63,953 nt of DNA from a virus. Its lineage: Duplodnaviria; Caudoviricetes. The translations under genes were made by a program, and so were the position numbers. A model generated the notes under the pieces. It ran no database searches, had not been told where the DNA came from, and saw nothing but the letters and a program-made list of their open reading frames with translations. Of this stretch, positions 55,636-63,953 are shown one piece after another. The stretch is taken from IMG/VR virus record IMGVR_UViG_3300030329_001933, positions 1 to 63,953 of that record; one strand, given 5' to 3'. Positions within the stretch are counted from its first letter, which is position 1. The number at the start of each line of letters is the position of its first letter.

Positions 55636-58600
55636 ATGGCACAAGATAAGAGAGTATTCACAGGGGGAATGGATAAGGATTCTGATCCTCGCCTGATAAA
55701 AAATGGTGATTACAGACACGCAGAAAACATTAGGAATGTTGCGTCATCTGATGGTACCTCAGGCTCTGTAGAAAATATAGAAGGAACTAAGGAGGTTACA
55801 CATAACTTCCCAGGAGAGGATGTGAATATTATAACTACTCATGATGAAGGCGGGTTTATAGATGATGTAGAGCCAGCCTCTGTAGTGTACAAACAAAAAA
55901 TTATTCTTACTGGTAGAGAGGTAGAGGGGTATAAGTACAACTTTACTATAATAAATCATGTTGATAGTAACGGTACTTTAGCAACAGAGGGTATTGACCT
56001 TAGTTGGGATGGTAACGCAGACGGGACAAAGACTACAGAGTATTTATACGGTAAGTTTGGTCCAAATGGATCTCTTAGTGAGAATATAACTATTATAAAT
56101 AAAGGTACAGGAGACCTTAGTACGGCTCACGTAAATCAAGAAACCTTATTATTTTCTAGTGGGTCCCCTTCGATGAGTGCTGGGGGGTTTATCCTTGAAA
56201 TTGAAATCGTTGCTGACAACCCAGGTATAGACTTCGAGTTAAACTTTGTTAGCTCGTATAGTGCTGAAACTAATCAGTTATGGTCTTCGACTATAAATAA
56301 CCAACACCCTAACGGTCATCTTTTCATTCAGAATAATGGTGCTATGGTTTTAAGCTCTGCTTACGACTTTGGTGTAACTGAATCTGTTAATACTTTAACT
56401 AGTGACGATGGCTCTCCTATAGGTGATTTCCCAAATCAGATTGAAGGGGTAACTCAAGTGCTGTTAGAGTTTGAAGGTGTAGAGCCTACAACTGCAACAG
56501 ATGTTACTGGAACTACTATATTCTCTTATAACGAGAACGCAGATGGTACGTATAATGTTTTGCCTTTTGTAGAGATAGGGGCTGGACTATTTGGCTCAGG
56601 GGATGACTACGAGTTTGACGCTTCTCAAAACAATCTTGCAGAGGCTTTAGTCGACAAGTTTACAAACTTTGAGTCTCCTGTTTTAGAAACTAGTATAGGC
56701 CGACAAATCTTACTTAAATCAGGTCGTAACATTATAACTGGATTTAACAAAAGTACTAAGCTTAATGGTAATATTAGCTCTCAAAGTAGAAATGCAGCAA
56801 GTGCTAGTTCTGACGATTACTACTTACTAAATAGTTACGTTTCTACTGCTGACTTATTACCTAATATAGGTCCAGAGGTGACACTAGAAAATAATGCTTA
56901 TACTATAACTGGACAAAGTGTACAAGCAGATGATAATTTCTTTTTCCCAGCAAACATAGTTGGTGGTAAATACTACAGAATTGAAGGGACTCTTACCACA
57001 ATGGTAGCCTCTAACAGTATAAAATTTGTAGCTGGTAATGAAAAGAGCCAAATTTTCTCTACATCATCAGAAGCTATATCATTTACCTTTAAAGCTGAAG
57101 CTACTCTCTCAGGGTTTAGTTTTACGGTTAAAAACTCTTTTGCTACAGATACTGATCAGATAGTAATAACGGGTCTTACAATATCGGAATATCAAGAACC
57201 TAATAGTAAGTTACAAGTGTTGATACAGGGTAGCTCTAGGTTTGATTTCAATCTTTGTTTTGGGGTTAGTGAAGAACAGGTTAAGCAAAACTTAGATAGC
57301 GGAATCCATCCAGAAATATCTCTACCTGAATATATAGAAGGGATAGCGGCTAGAATAATAACCTATACCTCTACAGGTACTGGGTACGCTGATTTGACTG
57401 ATACACAACAGCTTCTTTTACTTATACAAGAGCTGGAAGCTGAAATAAAGGATTTGCAAGATCAAATTACCAACCTACAGCTTGATCACCAAACTGAACT
57501 TGACTTATTAAATGCTCAATTAGCTGCAAACTCTGAAGAAGCTGCCGCTACTATAGCTGCTCTAGAGGCTGAGATTGATAGTTTAAGCTCTCAGCTTTTT
57601 GACCTTCAGGATTCATATACCCTTATAAGTGGTCAAATTCAGGATGCAATTGCTGCGTCTGAAGCACTTACTGCTGATCTTGACGCTGCTGAAGCTTTAG
57701 TTGCTAGTTTAGAGGCTGAACTTGCTGCTGCTGAAGCTGATGCTACTACAGACGATTTAACTATTCAAAGTTTACAGACTCAACTTGCTCTTGCTGAAGC
57801 TGCCGCTGAAGAAGCTGCTGCTACTGCTGATACAACTATAGCTGATTTATATAATCAAATTCAAGATTTAGAGGATGATATTACATCCTTACAAGCCGAT
57901 GTAGATGGTGCTGTAGGTGCCGACTTAATAACTAATGGTGACTTTACTGATGTTACTACATTAAGTTTAATTGCTGGATCTTCAGGATGGAGGTCTCACT
58001 CAGATGCCTCACAAGATTCTGTAACTATAACTGATAACGGTGAGTTGTCTTTGGCAAGACCAGCATCTCCAGTTTCTGGAGAGGTTACAGGGGCTTATGC
58101 TAGAAACTCTGATGGTACATCAGACAATATAGTAGAGTCTGGTAAATTCTACAGGTTATCTTTTTATATTGCATCTATTACTGATAAGTTTGATGAACCA
58201 TCAACTGCCACAATATCTTATCATACTGGAGGCACATATATTGATTTGGGAGAATTTTCTTCTGGACAAAGTGTTGTAGAATACTACCAAGCAGCAGGTA
58301 CAATCCTTGTTATAAAGAATAATAGTAGTGCACAGACCGTACTTATAGATAACGTAGTCTTAGAACAGATAAGTTTTGCGACTATACAAGACTTTATAGA
58401 TTTAGAGAATCAGTTATATACCACTCAAAATCTTTTAAGTACTTCCGACACAAATCTTAATACTGCCCTTCAGGAGGTTACAGATCTTAATATAGACTGG
58501 GCTGACGCTTATAATGGTATTATAAATCAGCTCAACCCACTTTTAAGTTCTGCATCAGATACACTTTCTACACTAGAAAATGCAGATCTTGTTCAGGATA

Positions 58601-61600
58601 CTTTAACTGATAATCTTAATGCGATTACAGAACAATTAGGTGACGCAATAATAAATACGGGAGCTTTAGCTGCCAATATAGGCTCTACCTATTTTGACGA
58701 GTTAAGTATATCTGCAAATATATCTACTTTAAATGATGTGTTAAGTATTTTTGCAATACAAATTGATGGTATAACAAATACTTTACCTAATGATATAGAG
58801 AGCGTATCATCAACTACTTTAAATGATGCTGTGATTACATTAGATATCCAAGTTGACTACGCTATAACCTCTTTAAACGATGCAATATCTGCTAATAATG
58901 TTACTATTTCTGAATTAGAGAGTGACCTTGCCTCTGCTAACGATGCACTTGCTGTTGCTGAAGCTGCTACTGATGAAGCTAATACTGCTCTTACTACTGC
59001 ACAGGCTGCTTTAGATGCTGCAATTGCTGCTGGTATAGCTGACACTGATGCTCTAGAGGCTGAAGTTGTTGCTGCTGAAGCTGCTCAAGCTACTGCTGAA
59101 GCTGCTCAAGCTGCTGCCGAAGATGCTCAAGCTGCTGCTGAAGCTGCTCAAGCTGATACACAGGCTTTATTAGATGCTGCTCTAGCCCTTAACGATGCTT
59201 TAGTCGCACAAGTTGAAGTTTTAAACTCCACTATTGATACCTTACTGCAGGCAGTTAACTACGGATCAGAGAATATAACTAATGGAGGTTTCACAGAGGG
59301 GACAGACCATAAAGATGGTTGGAGTAACGATAGTGCTTGGACCGTTATAGATGGGGCCCTTTGTAGACCTTCAAATCCAGCCAACAGTTACACCCTTCTT
59401 CAGGTCCCCATTAACTTACCTGCAGGAGATTACGTTTTCTCAATAGATGTTGCACAGCACCCAGAAGAAAATATTTTACAAGGAAATATAAATCCTAAAG
59501 TCGCACAAGGAACTGACTTTTCAACAGAAGTAGAGTTAACCGATAATCCTATATCTACCTCAGGAACTCATATAACAACCCTTACTATTCCTGATGATGG
59601 TATTGATCGTAATTATTTCTGGTTTTTCACATCAAACGATTTTGTTGGGTCTATAGATAATGTCTCTCTTAGGTCTTATACTATTAGTAGTGGTACAGTA
59701 ACTCAAGAGCAGCTTGATGATTTACAGGCTGAATTAAATGAATTAGCAGCTACAAACACTCAAATTTCTAGTGACTTATATAATCTTCAAACTGAAAACG
59801 AGGCTTTAACTACTGAAAATAATGCCTTAGCAGCAGATGTAATTCTTCTTTGGAGCTATATGGATCAATTAGTTGTCAGTGTAAACAACTCTTTAGATCT
59901 TCAGCCGATGATTCTAGGTGATTTAACAGCCCAATCAGGTCTTGTAGATCAAGATTTTATTAACACCATAGTAGCTGCTTTTGAAACTACAATATTAGGC
60001 TTAAACAATACTATTGATGGCCTTAACACCACTATAGATAACCTTGAGGAGGAGTTATATGGTCCTGATCAAACGGCTAACCCTAGTAATGATGTATATA
60101 GGTTTACGATTGTTGGTAATATTCCTAGTTACCATACTGGAAATACATCCCAAGCTGCTGCAAATAATTTTCAGAACTCTCAAGGTGCTTATTGGGGATA
60201 TTGTTTAAGGGCGTTAGCTGTTTGTGGTATTACTAGTGATCACCCTACTGAAAGGTATTATAACCGTTACCACGTTAGCAATTCTGATGAAGATAGGGCA
60301 GGTATATTTTCGTTTAGCCTTGCTATACCTGGTGGTCCTTCTGGTAGTACCCCCGATGGTAACCCTATGCATTCTTCGACTAAAGGTTTTCCTGGGGCCT
60401 GGAGTCTTATAAATGGGTACAGTAGTACTCATCTAGATAATGTTATAGATCCCCGCTTTGCTATAGAAGTTCTTGGTAATAATAGTGTTATAATCACTAG
60501 AGAAACTCCAGAGGGGTATACAGAGTCGTATAAAATATCATTCCTTACAGGTAATGACCTCATGCTTACCAATACTAGTGCAGCTGATGATGAAGATAAT
60601 ACTGAAACCCCAAATAATAAATCTAGTAATGAGATTGGAAAGGCTGGGGGCTTATTAAACCCAGAGAATATAAGTGATTGGTTAGCAGCACAAACATTTA
60701 CCCATGCAGGGGAGGGTGTTACAACAGATATAACTAATGGTATTCAGGTACAGGTAGAGGTTCTTTCTGGTAGTCTTTCAGGGTTGTATTTAGACTCTGC
60801 TTACGAATCTAAGATATGGCATAGCGGAAGTGGATTAGGTGGCGGTGTTGTTATGGGCCCTGGACAACCTTATACTAATTTTCAATATACTTTAGCCGAC
60901 TTTAGCTTACCTGCTCACACGACTAGTGATTTAACGGCTAATCACCTTTACCCTGTTAAGGATGACGGATACCTTGTAGATTTTAGGTTAGATTGTTTTG
61001 TTGAGTTTTTTGCGGGGGGTACTCGATCTGCAGGCGATGAAGCATCAGAAGGAGAAGGGTCAAGATCTTATACAGGTGCCGCTAGAAGAATGTTCCAAAG
61101 CTTTACTACGGGGACTACATCTACCTCACCTATAGATTCCTCAGAGTTTGGTTGGAAGTGTATAGGCTCTTACGAGGATAAGCCTAAAGATTGCGTGTAT
61201 TATTTTATACATAGTGAGGCTGTAGAGGGTATAAAAAAGGACTGTATACTAGAGTATAACTTAATAAGAAACACTGTAGAGACTGTATACCAAGATGGTA
61301 GACCGTCAACAACAGGTAACCCTAACAATATCTTAAACTTTAGTGACAGATACCTGATAACTGGTGTTAACAAGGTTGATGACATTCTTTATTGGACTGA
61401 TGGTCTCAACAGACCTAGAAAAATAAACGTAGAGCTAGCAAAGCAAAACGAAAAAAACATCAAGAACGCTACATCGTTCCAAGATATACTATATAGAAAC
61501 AATCAAAGTAGTGTATTTATAGGGGTATCTGACAACCATGGGTTTGAGGTTGGTGACCACATATATACTCAGATTAATCAAAATAACACTTTACCTGGGG

Positions 61601-63953
61601 TAGAAGGTAATAATGGGTACACCAGAGTTACAGGTGTTATACCTAAGTTAAATGATGGTGTAACATTAAAAGTGACCGAAAATAGCCCTACTGTTGCAGT
61701 TTACGATTCTGAGGGTAACCTTACTGATGACTTTGGAGATTTGTCTGCTGGTCAGTTTATAGGGATTGAAGAGATGGTGTCTGGTGTATCAACAGACTTC
61801 CCTTACTACTACGAGGTAGAGTCTGTAAGTGGTTCTACAATTACTTTAACCACTCCGTATGGTCAGACAACAACGGAAGAGGCCCCATACGCTTACCCTC
61901 TTCAAAACCAAGATAATGCAAATGTAGGAGGGTTGATAACTGAGTGTCCTTGGGCTGGCTCTTTCTCTGCTTTACCAGGGAAAATACTTCACGCTAACCC
62001 TGAAGGAGCCTACTCTCCTTTAGTTAGTTTTGGAGATACTATAGAGAAGGCTAAGTACTTAGATGTTGTTAAACATCAACCTACACATAAGCCTACAACG
62101 GTGTTGGCTGTAGATGATAGTTTTGCTACAAATAATATCCTTGATAACGTGTTCCAGTTTAAGTACAGGTACCTACACGCTGATGAGGAGATGACATCCT
62201 ATAGCCCTATATCAGATGTATTTATTGACCCTGACTTTGCTTTAAACGCAGTAGTTAGTGCTAGTAATTACTCTAGTATGGCTAACAAGATTAGTATTAC
62301 GTATGATGACGCAACTCCTGACGTAGACACTATAGAGATTGTAGCTAGAAAGGGTAACGATGGAGAGTTCTTCCTTGTAGACACCCTTCAGAATAACTTT
62401 ATAAAATACCTTAAAAAACTAAAGAACGAGGTTATATCTAACAGTGAGTATGACTACACTGATTTAGACTCTACTTTATCCTTCTACAATAACGGTACGT
62501 ATCCTTTTGTAGATAAGGTAGACTCTAACAAGTTGTATGACGCTGTACCTAAAAAAGCTAAGTCTCAAACTATTCTATCGAATAATAGGTTGGCTTATGG
62601 TAATATTGTAGAGGGATATGATAACACTAAGATGGTGGCTTCCTCTAAGTTTACAAACGATGGAGCTGTAACTTTAACGTCTGAAAATGTTTCTATACCT
62701 GTTTTATCTGGGTGGTTAGATGATATAAGTAATTATTTTGATTTCAGTATAGGACAAAGTGTTGCAAGTCAGTTTACAATATCTGGAGGCGGTGGATACA
62801 CTAGACATACCATTAAATTTGACTTATCTAATTTATCTCTAAATTCTGATATAAATCAACAGGTAATGATAAACTACTCTTGGAACTTTAACAAGGGAGG
62901 GGTAGATAGAAATGGTTCGTACTCTACTGGTCCTGTGGATATTACTGGCTTTACAAATATAGATCAGGTAGGTTTACTTCTTCAAACCTATATAGGTGAT
63001 GACTTTGATAGCGTTGTATTTACTGGTAATAGTGGAAGTGCAATTTCTACTAATTACAATAGTAGCACGAAGGTTTTAAGAATTAGGTTTGATTATGGTC
63101 CTAATACTGGCTTAACTTATAATTTAGATAACGGAACGTTTAATCATACAAATAGCTCTAAATTCACACAGGGTGATGGTGGTTTATCATCCTTCAAAAC
63201 AGGTGCTTTCCACAACTTTGGTGTGGCCTACTTTGACGAGACAAACAGATGTTCTTTTGTCAACGTTGCTCCTGATTATAAAACCATAGATAGTGTTAAT
63301 TATAATGGTACAAGACCTTATAACCCTTTCTATACAGAAAATGGAGGTCCTGATTTAAGCACATCATCTAGTGTTAATATTAGTATATACAATAAACCTC
63401 CTGTTTGGGCAACACACTACCAGATGTATTACACAGGTAATACTACGGTGGATGAGTTTATACAGATGACGGTTGTAAACGCTATACCTGGTACTGGTAA
63501 TGATAAGCAGGTATATTTAAGCCTTCAATCCCTTAAGGGAGAAGAGTGGAGTTACAACGAGTCTAACAACTCTCAGTTAGAGTATAACTTTGTTAAGGGT
63601 GATAGGATTCGGTTTATAAGTCTTGACTCTGATAATGGTAGACGAAAGTTTACAGAGTATGTAGACTTAGAGATTGCAGGTGACGATCTTTACGTAGGCG
63701 AAGATGGGGAGCCAATTGAGGTAACAGATCCTACAACAGGCTTCTACATTAGAATAAACGACCCTGTTAACAGTGCGGTTAACACAGAGAGTGGCACTGT
63801 AGACTTGTCACACTCTGGGTTGTCAAGCGGTACAGATGGTACTGGTTATGAGAACCTTATAGTAGAAATATATAGACCTAATAAAGATATTAACGAAGAC
63901 TTAATGGTTTACTACGAGGTAGGAGATAAGTACCCTATTATAAACGCTGGTGA
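55636..63953 (+). CDS. Giant tail stabilisation/muzzle protein, 5' part (~3537 aa in total, ends at 2395)
   Basis: MAQDKRVFTGGMDKDSDPRLIKNGDYRHAENIR...; track reports no stop in this frame; later CIGSYED, LYWTDGLNRPRKIN, FQFKYRY, YDAVPKKAKSQ...NRLAYGN, FGVAYFDETNR. Confidence 0.85.
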   Translation, partial: MAQDKRVFTGGMDKDSDPRLIKNGDYRHAENIRNVASSDGTSGSVENIEGTKEVTHNFPGEDVNIITTHDEGGFIDDVEPASVVYKQKIILTGREVEGYKYNFTIINHVDSNGTLATEGIDLSWDGNADGTKTTEYLYGKFGPNGSLSENITIINKGTGDLSTAHVNQETLLFSSGSPSMSAGGFILEIEIVADNPGIDFELNFVSSYSAETNQLWSSTINNQHPNGHLFIQNNGAMVLSSAYDFGVTESVNTLTSDDGSPIGDFPNQIEGVTQVLLEFEGVEPTTATDVTGTTIFSYNENADGTYNVLPFVEIGAGLFGSGDDYEFDASQNNLAEALVDKFTNFESPVLETSIGRQILLKSGRNIITGFNKSTKLNGNISSQSRNAASASSDDYYLLNSYVSTADLLPNIGPEVTLENNAYTITGQSVQADDNFFFPANIVGGKYYRIEGTLTTMVASNSIKFVAGNEKSQIFSTSSEAISFTFKAEATLSGFSFTVKNSFATDTDQIVITGLTISEYQEPNSKLQVLIQGSSRFDFNLCFGVSEEQVKQNLDSGIHPEISLPEYIEGIAARIITYTSTGTGYADLTDTQQLLLLIQELEAEIKDLQDQITNLQLDHQTELDLLNAQLAANSEEAAATIAALEAEIDSLSSQLFDLQDSYTLISGQIQDAIAASEALTADLDAAEALVASLEAELAAAEADATTDDLTIQSLQTQLALAEAAAEEAAATADTTIADLYNQIQDLEDDITSLQADVDGAVGADLITNGDFTDVTTLSLIAGSSGWRSHSDASQDSVTITDNGELSLARPASPVSGEVTGAYARNSDGTSDNIVESGKFYRLSFYIASITDKFDEPSTATISYHTGGTYIDLGEFSSGQSVVEYYQAAGTILVIKNNSSAQTVLIDNVVLEQISFATIQDFIDLENQLYTTQNLLSTSDTNLNTALQEVTDLNIDWADAYNGIINQLNPLLSSASDTLSTLENADLVQDTLTDNLNAITEQLGDAIINTGALAANIGSTYFDELSISANISTLNDVLSIFAIQIDGITNTLPNDIESVSSTTLNDAVITLDIQVDYAITSLNDAISANNVTISELESDLASANDALAVAEAATDEANTALTTAQAALDAAIAAGIADTDALEAEVVAAEAAQATAEAAQAAAEDAQAAAEAAQADTQALLDAALALNDALVAQVEVLNSTIDTLLQAVNYGSENITNGGFTEGTDHKDGWSNDSAWTVIDGALCRPSNPANSYTLLQVPINLPAGDYVFSIDVAQHPEENILQGNINPKVAQGTDFSTEVELTDNPISTSGTHITTLTIPDDGIDRNYFWFFTSNDFVGSIDNVSLRSYTISSGTVTQEQLDDLQAELNELAATNTQISSDLYNLQTENEALTTENNALAADVILLWSYMDQLVVSVNNSLDLQPMILGDLTAQSGLVDQDFINTIVAAFETTILGLNNTIDGLNTTIDNLEEELYGPDQTANPSNDVYRFTIVGNIPSYHTGNTSQAAANNFQNSQGAYWGYCLRALAVCGITSDHPTERYYNRYHVSNSDEDRAGIFSFSLAIPGGPSGSTPDGNPMHSSTKGFPGAWSLINGYSSTHLDNVIDPRFAIEVLGNNSVIITRETPEGYTESYKISFLTGNDLMLTNTSAADDEDNTETPNNKSSNEIGKAGGLLNPENISDWLAAQTFTHAGEGVTTDITNGIQVQVEVLSGSLSGLYLDSAYESKIWHSGSGLGGGVVMGPGQPYTNFQYTLADFSLPAHTTSDLTANHLYPVKDDGYLVDFRLDCFVEFFAGGTRSAGDEASEGEGSRSYTGAARRMFQSFTTGTTSTSPIDSSEFGWKCIGSYEDKPKDCVYYFIHSEAVEGIKKDCILEYNLIRNTVETVYQDGRPSTTGNPNNILNFSDRYLITGVNKVDDILYWTDGLNRPRKINVELAKQNEKNIKNATSFQDILYRNNQSSVFIGVSDNHGFEVGDHIYTQINQNNTLPGVEGNNGYTRVTGVIPKLNDGVTLKVTENSPTVAVYDSEGNLTDDFGDLSAGQFIGIEEMVSGVSTDFPYYYEVESVSGSTITLTTPYGQTTTEEAPYAYPLQNQDNANVGGLITECPWAGSFSALPGKILHANPEGAYSPLVSFGDTIEKAKYLDVVKHQPTHKPTTVLAVDDSFATNNILDNVFQFKYRYLHADEEMTSYSPISDVFIDPDFALNAVVSASNYSSMANKISITYDDATPDVDTIEIVARKGNDGEFFLVDTLQNNFIKYLKKLKNEVISNSEYDYTDLDSTLSFYNNGTYPFVDKVDSNKLYDAVPKKAKSQTILSNNRLAYGNIVEGYDNTKMVASSKFTNDGAVTLTSENVSIPVLSGWLDDISNYFDFSIGQSVASQFTISGGGGYTRHTIKFDLSNLSLNSDINQQVMINYSWNFNKGGVDRNGSYSTGPVDITGFTNIDQVGLLLQTYIGDDFDSVVFTGNSGSAISTNYNSSTKVLRIRFDYGPNTGLTYNLDNGTFNHTNSSKFTQGDGGLSSFKTGAFHNFGVAYFDETNRCSFVNVAPDYKTIDSVNYNGTRPYNPFYTENGGPDLSTSSSVNISIYNKPPVWATHYQMYYTGNTTVDEFIQMTVVNAIPGTGNDKQVYLSLQSLKGEEWSYNESNNSQLEYNFVKGDRIRFISLDSDNGRRKFTEYVDLEIAGDDLYVGEDGEPIEVTDPTTGFYIRINDPVNSAVNTESGTVDLSHSGLSSGTDGTGYENLIVEIYRPNKDINEDLMVYYEVGDKYPIINAG
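59071..59154 (+). repeat. Four tandem 21-nt coding repeats (heptad AAEAAQA)
   Basis: gctgctgaagctgctcaagct x4 with few substitutions. Confidence 0.9.
63855..63953. repeat. Terminal overlap, copy 2
   Basis: Identical to 1-99. Confidence 0.97.

Noticed and set aside
1-63953. Stop-codon reassignment, or integrase/prophage status
   Set aside because: Genes are long and densely packed under the standard code, with TAG, TGA and TAA all used as stops; no suppressor tRNA, integrase or host flanks were seen

Overview
The window is an apparently complete circular genome of a lytic, podovirus-type phage of Bacteroidota, probably marine Flavobacteriia. Bases 1-99 equal 63855-63953, so the unit length is 63,854 bp. 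The virion module resembles the crAss/Cellulophaga-podovirus layout: terminase, portal, scaffold, capsid, ring proteins, tail stabilisation/muzzle protein and three ejected cargo proteins. No RNA polymerase, DNA polymerase, integrase, tRNA or CRISPR array was recognised, and operons are preceded by host-type TAnnTTTG promoter elements. The minus strand from about 30.9 kb to 16.5 kb carries early, recombination and replication genes (ERF, RecE-like exonuclease, SSB, initiator, DnaB). The plus strand from 35 kb through the junction to 16.3 kb carries envelope, lysis, packaging and virion genes. Highlights: (1) a ~690-nt, highly paired, pseudoknotted non-coding RNA with a boxA-like element at the start of the early transcript (30185-30871, minus); (2) a phage-encoded T9SS cargo protein with an outer-membrane beta-barrel and exported partners, inside the lysis region; (3) a 3757-aa polyvalent cargo protein whose modules are delimited by a repeated [IL]R[FMLT]Q linker; (4) a candidate sRNA antisense to the replication-initiator start region; (5) a ~3537-aa tail protein missed by the ORF track because it spans the junction, with a ~1780-aa coiled-coil/CBM-like insertion; (6) a 51-aa mimic of the ribonucleotide reductase C-terminal Cys tail. 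All family assignments are by-eye motif recognition; no searches were run.
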